Made by a program: the position numbers and the translations under genes | Notes under the pieces: generated by a model | What the model saw: only the letters and a program-made list of their open reading frames with translations | Told to the model about the DNA's origin: nothing | The model's database searches: none | Source: a virus | Virus record (IMG/VR): IMGVR_UViG_3300042898_006838 | Location: 91,933-155,932 of that record | Reading direction: 5' to 3' (one strand) | DNA: 64,000 bases | Shown: piece after piece, positions 40,322 through 51,408 of the stretch | How the letters are laid out: each line of letters starts with the position of its first letter | Position numbering within the stretch: the stretch's first letter is position 1

Positions 40322-40951
40322 ATGATGACGACACTTTGTGACAAAGAGATCGAGAGCTATCGACACCAAGGTGAACTGGTCATCGACCCGTTCCTGCCAG
40401 AGAACCTCAACGGCATGAGCTACGACCTGACCCTGGGCCCCTGGTTCTATCGACGCCTGTCTTTCGAATCATCGCCAGACGTGTACCTGCGTGACCAGAG
40501 CCACCGCTTCCAGCTCGTTGACGCTCGTGACTCCGGTGTCATCGAGCTAGGGCCACTGGAGTCGATCCTGGCCCACACCAACGAGGTCGTGGGCGGGCGG
40601 CGGAAGATCAACACCTTCCTGCACGCCACGTCCACGGCCGGGCGCAACGACGTCACCGCCTGTCGCTGTGCGGGCTGGGGCGACCCGGGCTTCGTGAACA
40701 TCTGGACCCTGGAGGTGCAGAACCTCGGGTCCAGCCCGCTGACGCTCAAGGTCGGCACCGTCATCGCCCAGGTCGTCTTCAGCCTCGTCACCGCCCCCGA
40801 CCGCGTCTACGGTCAGGACGGTCACGGGCAGTACTTGCCCTCTCGTGACAGCGAGTCGGCAAAGGCCGTCAGGGCGGATTGGAAGCCCGAACAAATGATC
40901 CCCAAGGCCATGAAGGTCAGGGACTGGAGAGAGACATGGAAGAGCAGATGA
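40322..40951 (+). CDS. dcd: dCTP deaminase
   Basis: IDPF..SYDLTLG, TSTAGR, AGWGDPGF..TLEVQN, IAQ, Y. Confidence 0.85.
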   Translation: MMTTLCDKEIESYRHQGELVIDPFLPENLNGMSYDLTLGPWFYRRLSFESSPDVYLRDQSHRFQLVDARDSGVIELGPLESILAHTNEVVGGRRKINTFLHATSTAGRNDVTACRCAGWGDPGFVNIWTLEVQNLGSSPLTLKVGTVIAQVVFSLVTAPDRVYGQDGHGQYLPSRDSESAKAVRADWKPEQMIPKAMKVRDWRETWKSR

Positions 40952-41809
40952 CGAAGATCGAAGGCGAGTTCAAGGCCATGAAGGCCATCGTTAAGTCTAT
41001 GACCGAGCACATCGAAAACGTGACTCCCGAGGGACGGGTGTGGCTGCGGGCCAAGATTGACGAGATTCTTGGTGACGAGAAATGAAGCCGCGGATAACGT
41101 CAAAGCACATGGAGAACATCGTGATCAAGGAATCTGAAGTTTTCGGCCGAGAGGGCGGATGGCGTCTCATGTACCGGGCCGTCGACGACGGTGTTCGTCG
41201 CGTCACCCGCGTCCTGCCCGTGGCGGGCATGGGCGTGCTCATGCAGACCCTGGTTCAGCAGTCGATGCCAGACGGCAACTTCTCTGAACCCGTCATCAGC
41301 GGCGTCACGCAGCTCTCGGGCCTGGTGCTCGTCGAGTACGCGCAGCCTGAAGTTGGTGGCGATATCATCATCCTCCATCGGGAGCTGATGACGCCAGCAG
41401 AGTTCTCGGCCCGTCACAGCCGCAGTCGTCCGGGGCAGAAGGCTGCAGACATCCGCGCCGGATCGGTTGTCACCTTCAACGTCAGTCAAGTTCAAAGTCA
41501 AGACACGTCGCAAGTCGTCGACAGTGAAGGAGCAGGGACATGAGCAAGAACATCAAGATCAACAGCCGCGTGTCGTGGAAGACCAAGAGCTCGACCGGCA
41601 AAGGCGAGCGCGACGGCATTGTCAGGGCCTTCGTGGCCGCGGGGAAGAAGATCCCCAAGCTGCCGAAGGGGTCAAAGTTTAAGAGCCTGCTCGTCAACAA
41701 GATTCACGACCGATACCTAGTCGAGGTTGAGCGCGTGAACAAGAAGACTGGCGCCAAGCTCGCCAGCCTGTGGATGGCGCCGAAGGCCGCGACTCTCACC
41801 TCCGGCTAA
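40948..41809 (+). other. three hypothetical ORFs (40948-41085, 41082-41543, 41540-41809)
   Basis: ATGA-coupled plus-strand ORFs. Confidence 0.55.
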
Positions 41810-41832
41810 AAAAAAGCCGACGCCGTGACAGA

Positions 41833-41867
41833 GAGAAAGGGGCCCTTGTGGGCCCCCTTCTCTTTTC
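41833..41867. terminator. hairpin between convergent genes
   Basis: gagaaaggggccc-ttgt-gggcccccttctc followed by tttt. Confidence 0.6.
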
Positions 41868-42201
41868 ACCCCAGCCCCAGCGGGAAGACGCGGCTGCGCA
41901 CTCGCATCCCCGCCTGTCGACAGAACAGGAACAGTCGCAGGTGACCCAGCTTCCGCCAGTTCCGGCTGTGCACGGTCACCAGCACCTGCGGCCGGTTCTC
42001 AGCGAGCCAGCGCGCCAGGTCCATGCCCGTGCGCGCCAGCCCGTCTGGCCCGTGGTACAGGTCGTAGTCGAGGCTGACCTCGGTGACCTGCGTGTTCTCC
42101 GTCAACAAGGCCACGGCCTCGTCCACGGTCTGGGCGATGAACGTACCACGCCAGCGAGGCCAGCGCCGCGGGTCGTCGTCGAGAGCCAGACGCGTGATCA
42201 T
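41866..42201 (-). CDS. stand-alone receiver-like domain (cyclic-phosphate-processing REC type)
   Basis: LALDDD.R, EVSLDYDL, TGMD.ARWL, VHSRN. Confidence 0.65.
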   Translation of the reverse strand: MITRLALDDDPRRWPRWRGTFIAQTVDEAVALLTENTQVTEVSLDYDLYHGPDGLARTGMDLARWLAENRPQVLVTVHSRNWRKLGHLRLFLFCRQAGMRVRSRVFPLGLG

Positions 42202-42641
42202 GACTGCCTCGACAGCGCATGCACGGACCAGAACTCCCGGCTCTCGCCGATGTTACGGCAGCGAGGGTCCCCTGGCTCCTGAGGCGCCTGCGGACCGCCG
42301 TAGACAGTGGCCAGAACCGTTCGACCGGCGTCGTCACATACGATCACGACCGTCGCCGTTGAGACCATGCGTGCGCCTCTGGATACCAGGCGCGAGTCGT
42401 AATCACGTCCAGCGCGCCGGGCGTAGACGACCTCGCTCTCCGGCACCGACTCGTCGCCGGCCAGCGGGCCCCAGAGACCGCTGGGCAGCTGACCGAGATG
42501 CGGCGGGAAGCTGATAGTCGCGATTCGGACAGGCTCCTTCTCCGCGTCAAGCTCCACGTCACCCAACACCTTCAACAGGTGCTTCAAATGCCCCAGCGTC
42601 AAGCCGGCGTGGTCGAGATGGCTTTCCATGGTGATGATCAT
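42198..42641 (-). CDS. conserved-looking phage hypothetical protein
   Basis: GLWGP..GD..V.ESEV.Y..R..R..SRLV..T.YGGP.APQEPGD. Confidence 0.55.
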   Translation of the reverse strand: MIITMESHLDHAGLTLGHLKHLLKVLGDVELDAEKEPVRIATISFPPHLGQLPSGLWGPLAGDESVPESEVVYARRAGRDYDSRLVSRGARMVSTATVVIVCDDAGRTVLATVYGGPQAPQEPGDPRCRNIGESREFWSVHALSRQS

Positions 42642-43277
42642 CGTTGACCTCCTTGCCCGTTCGTGGGCCTTGGGCCTGCATCCCTGCAGCAGGCTACGCA
42701 TGGCCAGCGACGTGCTGGCGGTCATGTGCCGGCGCCGGAGGGCGCCGTTCTCTAGTACCCACTTCTCTCGATCACGGACTTCCCGTTGACGAGAAGACGA
42801 CTCCAGTCGTCACCGGGGTCGGTGAAGCTGCTGCACTCCATCTCCGCCTGCGCGCCGGCGTCGATGTCCTTCACCACCTGAGCATGCACGTCCGGAGACG
42901 TGCGCTTGAGGTCGTCGAGGGCGATGGCGATGAGACCTGGTTCCTTGTTCTTGTACGGCATTCAGACACCTGCCTTTCTGGACATTTCCGACGTGAGCTC
43001 TCTGTACGATGCTTGGTCTTCCTTGAACTTTTTCAAGGCCTCCATCCTCTTTTCGTTGTCGCTGATCTTGGATATCGCGAGCAACCGGTTAGGTGACATG
43101 GCGGCGAAGATTGTGGATGCGAGCTTTTCGTTCATGTTCTCTCCACCATTGTTATGCCCGAGAGCCGGTGCCATCTTCTGGAACATAGATAGAGGTCACA
43201 GACCAGGCGGCCGGTACCTGTACCCGCGTCGTCGACAACCTGGTCTCTAAGTTCACGGGTCAGGTACTGGAGTTCAT

Positions 43278-43853
43278 GTGATGAAATGGTCCCGATCCCA
43301 GCTGGTCAACGAGATGCCCGTGTTCTCACGCGCCGGACAGCGTCGTCTATTCGTCATCAGCGGCCTGCACGGAGACGAGACCAGTGGACCCCGTGCCGTC
43401 GGCTTCTGGCTCCGGCACACGAAGTTGCCGGATGGCGTCGGCGCCGTCGTCGTGCCGTCGGTGATGCCCGCCGACGGCCGGCGTCTGAAGGCGGGTCTGG
43501 ATCCGAACCGCGACTTCTTCCGACGCCGCATGCCGGTTATCGACGAGATTCGCAGGCTGGTGACGGAGACGGAGCCTGAACTGTTCATCGACGTGCACGA
43601 GGACGTGGAGAGCGATGAGCCCTACGTCTTCGCGCACCGATCGTCGTCTGGCGACATGTCTCGTCTTCTCGCCCGGGCTATGGACGTGAAGGCGCGCACG
43701 TGGTCAGCCGGAGACGGTGGGTCGAGCGAGAACGTGTTCACGGACCTAGGCATCCCCTCCGTCACCGTCGAGGTCCCTCCGACGTGGCCCATGTCCAAGC
43801 GCATCGCGTTCGTGATCAGGCTCCTGAACGAGGCAGCCGACCTCATTCGCTGA
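43278..43853 (+). CDS. M14-family Zn peptidase / deacylase
   Basis: GLHGDE, DPNRDF, IDVHED, VTVE. Confidence 0.75.
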   Translation: MMKWSRSQLVNEMPVFSRAGQRRLFVISGLHGDETSGPRAVGFWLRHTKLPDGVGAVVVPSVMPADGRRLKAGLDPNRDFFRRRMPVIDEIRRLVTETEPELFIDVHEDVESDEPYVFAHRSSSGDMSRLLARAMDVKARTWSAGDGGSSENVFTDLGIPSVTVEVPPTWPMSKRIAFVIRLLNEAADLIR

Positions 43854-43865
43854 CGAAGAAGAGGC

Positions 43866-44177
43866 TTGACGGCCACCCAGGTCCATGAGAGAAGTCACAC
43901 GTCACCAGCGTTGCTCTTCGCGGAGAAACACTGGACCGGCATCCGGGAGTAGCGCAAGCTACCACCAGGACCCGGCTGAATCGCTGACCAGGACGCAGGG
44001 CTCCGATCTAGCCCCACAACCGCTCTCCCTCACCGGACAGCGGCCCCTCTCGGACACCGAGATGCGGGACAGCGAAAGATCGGGACGGCACCGAGCGCGG
44101 TGTGCGTAGGCGGTACAACCCTTCACTGGGCGTGCACGAAACGGGAAGAGGGCACTGGAGCAATCCGGTGCTTTTTT
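43866..44177 (+). ncRNA. candidate structured non-coding RNA with promoter and terminator
   Basis: TTGACG at 43866; multiple hairpins including a GCAA tetraloop; terminator gcactgga-gcaa-tccggtgc-T6 at 44152-44177. Confidence 0.45.
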
Positions 44178-44857
44178 CATTTACGATATCGGAATGAATC
44201 CTCCAGCTACGGCCATGGCCGCTGTCGCCCGCGTCTTCGGAAAGACGTGGGAAGATCTTGACGGCCAGGAACTGATGTACGTGCGCATGCAGTGTCGAGT
44301 GCGGTTGTCACGTGCGGCCAAGATCAGTGTCGGGGACTGCGATCGGGTCAAGGCTTGGTTGAATGGAGCTGGCAGGAAATGAGATGTGTGAGGAGGCCTC
44401 TGGAAGTCAACGTCGACGTCGACGAAGACGGCTGGTACCACGTCGACGGCTTCGTCCTGACCTACGAAGACTTCGCCGCCAGGTACGTTGAAATAGATAG
44501 CCAGCACGGGGCCGTGCTCTTCGTCATCGAGCGCTACATGGCCATCGGCGCCGAGGAAGTTGACATCGTCCAGAGCCGGCCGATGAAGAGCATAGGTCGT
44601 CATACGACGCCAGACGGTCCTCAGACCCTGACGCTGACGGTGAAGCTGGCTACCGAGGACGTGACGTGAAGGCCTACACGCGTCGACGACAGGTCGAGGT
44701 CAAGCTCCTGGGCAGCGGCAACTGGCTGGTGACGGAGGAGGAAGGCAGTCGCGTCAGCGTCAGGCCCGAGGTCTTCCACGAGCTCTTTGAGCTTGAGGAC
44801 GAGGAGCAGGAGCCCGTGGATCTCGGCTAAAGAAAACGGGGCACGGGCCCCGTCTCC

Positions 44858-46153
44858 TCACAGGCCATTCTTCTCTGCCCATGCCCTCAGGCTCATCTCG
44901 CCGCAGGGCTTCATGATCAGGGCCTCGTCACCGTCGTAGACGTGGTAGGCGTCGTCGCCCGCGTCCTTCAGAGCCTTGAGTACCCGGCGGTTGCTGGCCG
45001 GCGTCGGCTTCTGAACCAGGCTGCTGCCCCTGGTCCTGATCGCCAGCTTCACGCGCGCGACCTCACGGGCGTCGAAGACCTTGATGACATCCGGGTCCGT
45101 CACGGTCATGGACGGTGAGTTGTCGACCTGCCACGTCGGCTTGCTGAAGTCTTCTCCGGACAGAGTCTTCACCGGCGTGCTCCAGCTGGCTCCTGGGTTG
45201 CCGAGGTTGACGCTGCGCCAGACGGCGACTCCGCCTCGGCTCTTTATCCAGTCCCAGAACTTCCTCGCGTCACCGACGTGACACTCGTGTACGAACTCGG
45301 TCACAGCTCACCTTCTTTCAGGCCGTCAATAGCCCTGACGTCTGCCAGAGACAGCAGACGGTTTGTCCACTCGGCGTCGACGGGCATCGACGGCATCTCC
45401 GAACCCAGCACCTCCCCTCCCGGGTTGATGCCCAGGCGGTGAGCGACGTCGACGGCGTCAACGAAGTCGCGGGCCGCGACCAGCGCCGCGCCCAGGAACC
45501 CGTCGCCGTCGGCAAACGAAAGCCACCACCAGCTCACGACTCACCGTCCTTCCCCAGGATCTGCGAGACGCGGACGTCGGACCAGGACCGCGTCGGCTCG
45601 CTGACTTCCTGGCCGAGTTTTTTTACGAGGCCAAGGAGCTCGCTGATGCGGCGCCCGGCGCTGGCCCTGGTCACCCTGCTCCTGGCCCGCGCCTCCTCGG
45701 CCATGGCCTGAGCGTTGTCCCTGGCCAACTCGGCAAAGGCCACACGCTCCTCCAGAATCCTGACCTCGTCGACCTTTTCACCGAGCTCGCCGTGCACGGC
45801 CATGAGCTCAGCACGGCTGGCGACGTACAGAGCCAGCGCCTCGTCGACGGCCTGCGCGCCCATCGTCAGCCGCGCGTCCTCGACGCTCAGGTACTTCCGG
45901 TCCTGGCTGTTACCTAGGGGCTTGTTGTTGTCAGTGACCACCTCGATGACGAGTCTCACAAGGCCTCCTTGGGACGGCTGGAGCCGGGGAACAGGGAGAG
46001 CTGCTGCCGCGGGGCCTTGGCCGCGGCCTTGCGGATCATGCGAGCCAGTGGCTCGTGGTGTCCTCCCAAGACCTTCGCCAGCTGCTCCTCCTGAAGCGCA
46101 AGGTCTTCGAGTTGAACGCGGTTATCCATCTGGAACTTGTATTCATTGAACAT
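44858..46153 (-). other. hypothetical ORFs (44858-45304, 45301-45537, 45534-45959, 45956-46153)
   Basis: Coupled ORFs downstream of a GGCATAAC motif and RBS. Confidence 0.55.
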
Positions 46154-46204
46154 CTGTCACCTCCGAACCTGTTATGCCTCGGCGCCCATGCTATTTTCCT
46201 GGGC

Positions 46205-46672
46205 ATGAACCTGAGCAAAAACTTCACTCTCCGAGAACTCAGCTACAGCCAGAGCGCCGAGCGCAAGGGCGTCGACAACACTCCGACTCCTGAGGTCATC
46301 GAGAACCTGAAGGCGTTGTGCGCGGCCGTGCTCCAGCCCCTGCGTGATGCCACTGGCCAGATCACGGTCACCAGCGGATACCGGTCTCCGGCGCTGAACA
46401 AGATCATCGGCGGCAACGCCAAGGGCCAGCATCCCCTGGGTCAGGCCGCGGACATGGAGTGCTTCGCCATGAGCACGCGTGACCTTGCCGAGAAGATCAT
46501 CGAGCTCAAGCTGCCGTTCGACCAGCTGATCATGGAGTTCGCCAGCGACTTCGACGCCAGCGCCGGCTGGGTCCATGTCAGCCACAAGAAGGAAGGCGGA
46601 AACCGCGGCCAGGTCCTGCGAGCGGTTCGCGACGTCGCGGGCAAGACCAGGTACCTGCCGGGCCTGAGCTAG
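46205..46672 (+). CDS. peptidase M15A (endolysin-like)
   Basis: LSKNFTLRE, TSGYRSPALN, QHPLGQAAD, WVHVS. Confidence 0.85.
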   Translation: MNLSKNFTLRELSYSQSAERKGVDNTPTPEVIENLKALCAAVLQPLRDATGQITVTSGYRSPALNKIIGGNAKGQHPLGQAADMECFAMSTRDLAEKIIELKLPFDQLIMEFASDFDASAGWVHVSHKKEGGNRGQVLRAVRDVAGKTRYLPGLS

Positions 46673-46673
46673 G

Positions 46674-48968
46674 TCACAGGATCTGGCAGGCGCCGCCGGC
46701 ACAAGCCGAGATCTGGCCGAAGTCGACGCCGCTCTCGTTCTCCACCATCTGGCTGTAGTCGACGTCGACGGTGTTATCGGTCAAGGCCTGCCACTTGCGC
46801 CAGTAGTACAGGCTCTTGAGGTAGTGCCCGGACCGGCGCCGGTCGCCGGAGAACGAGTTGTTGGTCAGGGTCGAGAGCCGCTGCTGCCAGGCATCTCGGT
46901 CTGCCTTCTGCATCTCGTTTGCCGGATTGGTCACCGGGTCCACGGCATCCCACAGGTCCCGGTACGAGAACCGAGCGTCGTCGACGATGCCGATGTCATT
47001 CTCGTCGTATCGGCCGAAGACGCTGTCGATCTCCTTCGGCTCCAGGACCTCGACGAACGGGGCCTGTGGGTAGTCGAGGTCTCCGCCGTCGGCGAGCAGA
47101 CTCACACCGGCGAAGACGTCGCGATTGTCGTAGATGAACCTGGTCACGTCATCCCACTCGCCGTCGCGCACTACGACGGTGTTGCTGACGTTGTGGCTGA
47201 TCCAGGGCTGGGTGCAGAGCTCGGGTCGACGGCCGGTGTCCACCCAGCTGCTCTTCACCATCGCCACGCGCCTGAGCATGTCCAGGGCACTGGTCTGCGC
47301 CTTGAAGGCGGCGTGGGCCGGGGCCTGCAGGGCGAATGACAGGATCACATCCCTGTCCTTCCAGACACTGGCCTCGACGGCGTGCGGGTTGTGGATGGCG
47401 AAGTACTGTGCCTGGACCTCGTTCCTATTCGCCTGCACGTGCCTGATCGTGCGCGGGGCGTGGACGTCGTGGACACCACTGCCAAGTGCTCCGAGCATGG
47501 GCGTGCTCGTGCCCTCTGGCTTGATGCAGGTGCTGCGGGCCGCGGCGTTGATGCCGAGAAGGGCTGCGACCTCGGCGTTCGTGTCCTTGACCACCTGGGC
47601 CAGCTCTCGCAGGCTATCGGCGTCGAAGGCGATGTCCGGGCGCTCGGCCATGCCCGTCATGCTCACGCCCAGCAGCGCCTCGCGTCTGGTGATGCGCTCG
47701 CTGACCGGCCCCAGGTACGGGAAGCTCGTGTATCCGGCCTGCAGCGTGCCCATGATCGCCGCAGCTCGTACAGCACGCAGCGCGTCGTCCATGGTCTTCA
47801 CCGCCGCCATGTTGGAGAGGCTGAGGTTGCAGAACTGCCAGCCGCTCTCTCCCGTCTCCACGCACACGGGCCAGAAGCTGGCCTCGACGCATGGGTTGAC
47901 ACCCATCTCCGTGCTGTCGGCCCAGACCACGCCCGGCTCGCCCCACTCCCGGCTCCAGTCCACGATCTGCTTGTACTGCTCGTAGCTCGTGGACCCGCGC
48001 AGCAGCAGCGCGCTGTTGTTGCTGCGACCGCGCTGTGGGTTGTCGGAGAACCAGTTCCCGGTCTTGGCTCGGGCCATGTCCATGTCGTCGACGCTGAACA
48101 GGCAGATGCTGGCGCTGCGACGTACTCCGCCGGCGAGGACGGCGTCGCTGGCGTGCATGACCATGTCGTAGACATCGACGGGTTGCAGCTTGCTCGCGTG
48201 ATGAAGGTCGTAGGACTTCTCGGATCCGAATTCGGCGTGGCCGTTGAGGGCGTTACGCTGACAGCATCGGTCGAGGAGGTCGCGGATCTTCTCCAGGCTC
48301 ACGCGCAGAGGCTCCGGGCCCGGAGCCTTTCCCGTGTTCGTGGACAACGGGCTGCCCTCGGGTCTGATCAGGATGTAGGAGAATTCCACGATCTTGCCGC
48401 GGTACTCGGGGAACGGCGTGTCGTCGCTGTCGAGGTAGCTGGACAGCAGCACGCCCAACGCATCTGCCCAGCCCTCGATGGTATCCGGTATCACGAAGGC
48501 CTTGGACTCGCTGTCAGCCGCCGGGCGCTTGATTGCCGGCAGGCGAGCGACGTGGTGCCACTGCACGCTGAATCCGGTTCCCGAGCCACAGAGCAGCAGG
48601 TGGAAGGCTTCTTGGAAGAAGCGCGGTCGGTCGGCGAAGCTGAAGCAGCAGTTGTAGGCACGAGCGTGCTTGTTCAGCACCGGCACACCGGCGTACTGCA
48701 GCACGCGCTGACTGCCCAGGGCCAGGCCATCCTCAAACGCGTCCTCGGCCTCGTCGATGAGCAGCGCCAGTGGCCGTCGAGAGAAATCGGAAACTGGCGA
48801 CAGACGGCAGCCGCTTGACGCCAGGACCCCGCGCTCCAGGTAGTAGGCCCGGTGCATGTCGAACATGCGAGCCCTCGCCTCGTCCCTGGTCTCACGCCTC
48901 TTCAGATCTCTGATGTCGTTCGCGTACTTGGCTGTGAAGATGTAGCGGCTGAGAGCGGCGGTAGTCAT
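46674..48968 (-). CDS. nrdJ: class II (B12-dependent, RTPR-like) ribonucleotide reductase
   Basis: YNCC, GSGTGFS, GGVRRSA, NPCVE, FCNL, CIKPEGT, C-terminal CAGGAC. Confidence 0.88.
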   Translation of the reverse strand: MTTAALSRYIFTAKYANDIRDLKRRETRDEARARMFDMHRAYYLERGVLASSGCRLSPVSDFSRRPLALLIDEAEDAFEDGLALGSQRVLQYAGVPVLNKHARAYNCCFSFADRPRFFQEAFHLLLCGSGTGFSVQWHHVARLPAIKRPAADSESKAFVIPDTIEGWADALGVLLSSYLDSDDTPFPEYRGKIVEFSYILIRPEGSPLSTNTGKAPGPEPLRVSLEKIRDLLDRCCQRNALNGHAEFGSEKSYDLHHASKLQPVDVYDMVMHASDAVLAGGVRRSASICLFSVDDMDMARAKTGNWFSDNPQRGRSNNSALLLRGSTSYEQYKQIVDWSREWGEPGVVWADSTEMGVNPCVEASFWPVCVETGESGWQFCNLSLSNMAAVKTMDDALRAVRAAAIMGTLQAGYTSFPYLGPVSERITRREALLGVSMTGMAERPDIAFDADSLRELAQVVKDTNAEVAALLGINAAARSTCIKPEGTSTPMLGALGSGVHDVHAPRTIRHVQANRNEVQAQYFAIHNPHAVEASVWKDRDVILSFALQAPAHAAFKAQTSALDMLRRVAMVKSSWVDTGRRPELCTQPWISHNVSNTVVVRDGEWDDVTRFIYDNRDVFAGVSLLADGGDLDYPQAPFVEVLEPKEIDSVFGRYDENDIGIVDDARFSYRDLWDAVDPVTNPANEMQKADRDAWQQRLSTLTNNSFSGDRRRSGHYLKSLYYWRKWQALTDNTVDVDYSQMVENESGVDFGQISACAGGACQIL

Positions 48969-49052
48969 TCCCGTTCCTCCATGGTCTCGATTCGAGGGCA
49001 CGCGGTTTCCCGTCGCGTGTCGTTCCCTGTCCTCGTCTCTTTGTTGTCGTTG

Positions 49053-49928
49053 TTACCGGGTCGGTAAAGGTAGCCTTGCCGGCCTGCGGCTGGCAACGGC
49101 TCGCTGGTAGTCGAAGATCTCGACGTTTTGCGTCAGGAACGATTGCCGGTGCTGAAGCCAGCCTAGGAAGTTGCCGCTGCGTTGGCTTGCGTCGGCAAGG
49201 GCCTGGGCCTGGTGCTCAAACGGGCTCCAGTGCCCACTTGATGACAATGACGATGTCAGCTCCAAGTCCTTGCTCACGATCGGTAGACTGCCGTCGTGGT
49301 TCTTGTAGCTGACGCGCGCGCAGCGGGCGACGCTGCAGGCCAGCAGGGTCTTGATGTCCAGCGTCAGCCTCTCGCCCGCGGTCGTGAACGGCAGATGCCA
49401 CTCGCCGTCGGCACAGGGCCGGGGCTGAGAGTTGAAGTAGGCGTCAGCCATCGCCCAGCCCAGGTCCTGCATCGTCGGGTCGGCGTCGGGGTGACAGCGG
49501 AGGGTGAAGAAGTTGTTGAAGTCCGTGGCCGTGCAGACCACGGCCATGTGCTGCCAGGGCTCGGTTACGCGGTTGGCGATCTGCTTGTGGCAGCCGATCT
49601 CCGCCAGGTGCGCACTGGTTCGCGCCGCCACTCTCGCCGCCCCGCGCCACACGGCCTGAGCGGCCTTGAGGTCGATGTCTTCCAACAGCCGCCGGCTCTG
49701 CATCCCCGGCTCGTTGCGTCCCCACTCACTGGGCTCAGCCGGCTCGCTGTCCACGGCCTCGATCATCTTCGAGATCGGGATTGCCCGCGACGAGCTGGCG
49801 TTGCGGCTGAAGACCCGGTGGGTCATGAACTCGCCGTGGACAAAGCGCGGGTACACGAGCTTCAGCGTCGTCACCCTCGCGCCGCCCGTCGACAGGCTGT
49901 CCATCACGATCTCAGCGCTGATTGTCAT
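49053..49928 (-). CDS. thyX: FAD-dependent thymidylate synthase
   Basis: EFMTHRVFSRNASSSRAIP, HKQIANR, NFFTLR, HWSPFEH. Confidence 0.88.
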   Translation of the reverse strand: MTISAEIVMDSLSTGGARVTTLKLVYPRFVHGEFMTHRVFSRNASSSRAIPISKMIEAVDSEPAEPSEWGRNEPGMQSRRLLEDIDLKAAQAVWRGAARVAARTSAHLAEIGCHKQIANRVTEPWQHMAVVCTATDFNNFFTLRCHPDADPTMQDLGWAMADAYFNSQPRPCADGEWHLPFTTAGERLTLDIKTLLACSVARCARVSYKNHDGSLPIVSKDLELTSSLSSSGHWSPFEHQAQALADASQRSGNFLGWLQHRQSFLTQNVEIFDYQRAVASRRPARLPLPTR

Positions 49929-50124
49929 CGACGGCCTCCTTGATCTCGTAGATCTTTCCGCTCACGCACCTGGCCATGCCCCTGAGCTCCAGGCCCCGGA
50001 GCGTGCTGTATTCCATGCCCTGTGCCGTCACCGGCCCCAGGCGCAGACGCTCCAACATCGCCGTCATCGCCGTCGTCAACGGCCTGGACTCGTTGACGAA
50101 CCTGCCCCATCGCGCGCGCACGAC

Positions 50125-50538
50125 TCACGGCTCCGGGATCATGGCGTTGGGCCAGGCGCAGACGGCGCCGGTCTTCTCGCAGGCCACGGCGAATACCGCG
50201 GGCCAGGGGATGTCGCAGAAGCTGTTGACGCCTGCGAATCCGAGGCTGGCCCGAACACCTCGCTGGTCGTAGTTGAAATCGGCGATGCCGAACTTCTTCG
50301 AGAAGTTCAGGACCTGAACTACTTCTCCACGCATTGACTCCGGGATAACGACTCCATCGACCCCCGTGACCAGGCGCACTTGCACCTTCGAATCCGAGAT
50401 CATGAGCGTGAAGACCATGAGCTTCACGGCGTCGTCCATCGACACCTTCACAGCCGGTTTCGGCGCTGGCGTCGCTGTCTTCGGCTTCGTCGTCGAACGT
50501 CCCTTGCTGAAGTCCACGCTGATGACGTTATCGCTCAC
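50125..50538 (-). CDS. SspB-like ClpXP adaptor
   Basis: GVVIP..VLNFS..GVRASLGFAG...CDIPWPAVFAV; start uncertain. Confidence 0.65.
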   Translation of the reverse strand: MSDNVISVDFSKGRSTTKPKTATPAPKPAVKVSMDDAVKLMVFTLMISDSKVQVRLVTGVDGVVIPESMRGEVVQVLNFSKKFGIADFNYDQRGVRASLGFAGVNSFCDIPWPAVFAVACEKTGAVCAWPNAMIPEP

Positions 50539-50539
50539 G

Positions 50540-50683
50540 TCATTCTTCGTCGGTGTCGTCGATGTCATCGTCGTCATCCTCATCGTCGTCGCCGTCTTCT
50601 TCACGCTCTTCGTCTTCGAGGTCATCGTCGTCTTCCAGTTCTTCTTCGCTGGGGATCTCTGAACCGTTTTCGATTGTCATCAT
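50540..50683 (-). CDS. very acidic small protein
   Basis: Almost entirely D/E after residue 10. Confidence 0.45.
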   Translation of the reverse strand: MMTIENGSEIPSEEELEDDDDLEDEEREEDGDDDEDDDDDIDDTDEE

Positions 50684-50696
50684 CTTGCTCTCCTCT

Positions 50697-51329
50697 TCAC
50701 TGCCGGCCGCTGATTGCGGACCGAAGACTTTCGACGATGCCACTGACGTCGGCATCTTCCAACCAGGGCACGGTCAGGATCTTCATGCCCCGGCTCCAGG
50801 CGTGGCGGCCGGAAGCGACGTCTTCCAACAGCTTCTGGTAGTGCCTGTTCAGGTCCTGAAGGTAGCCGATGCTGACCCCGACCTCTGCTCCCCGGGCCCG
50901 CGTGACCATGCGCTTGTAGGCTTCGTCCGGCTTCACGTCCAGGTACAGCAGGATACTGGGCGTCGGCGTGCCCAGGATCATCTGCTCGTAGAGCTCTTCG
51001 TACGTGTTCCACATGTCCCGGTCGACGTTACCGGCCTCGACGTGCATGGCCATGAACACGCGGTCCCCGGGCAGTCCTCGGTCGACGACGGCGCCGGCAC
51101 CGCAGGCGGCTTCAGCTGTGGCCAGGCGGTGCATGGCCCAGCGCCTGTTGAGTAGGAACACTTGCATCGGGAACACCCACTTCCCCGGGTCCTGGTAGCT
51201 GCGGGTCAGGAACGGGTTGTCGTCGACGGGCTCGAAGATGCCGCGGAGCCCAAGATGGCTGGCGACCGCGCGCGTGACCGTGGTCTTCCCGGCTCCGATC
51301 AATCCCTCGACCCAAACGACTGTGCCCAT
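50697..51329 (-). CDS. deoxynucleoside kinase
   Basis: VEGLIGAGKTT, EPVDDNPFL, MQVFLL..R, DR...DRVF, RARGAE. Confidence 0.88.
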   Translation of the reverse strand: MGTVVWVEGLIGAGKTTVTRAVASHLGLRGIFEPVDDNPFLTRSYQDPGKWVFPMQVFLLNRRWAMHRLATAEAACGAGAVVDRGLPGDRVFMAMHVEAGNVDRDMWNTYEELYEQMILGTPTPSILLYLDVKPDEAYKRMVTRARGAEVGVSIGYLQDLNRHYQKLLEDVASGRHAWSRGMKILTVPWLEDADVSGIVESLRSAISGRQ

Positions 51330-51408
51330 GTTGACCCCTAAGTTGGTCACGAACCATGCGTCAGCTCTGAAATGATTGCAACCGTCAACCTCGACTAAAA
51401 AGAACCCG

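Noticed and set aside
11526-48818. Long plus-strand ORFs such as 11526-13178, 17705-19708, 36458-38695 and 47382-48818
   Set aside because: Antisense shadows of well-supported minus-strand genes, expected with high-GC codon usage.
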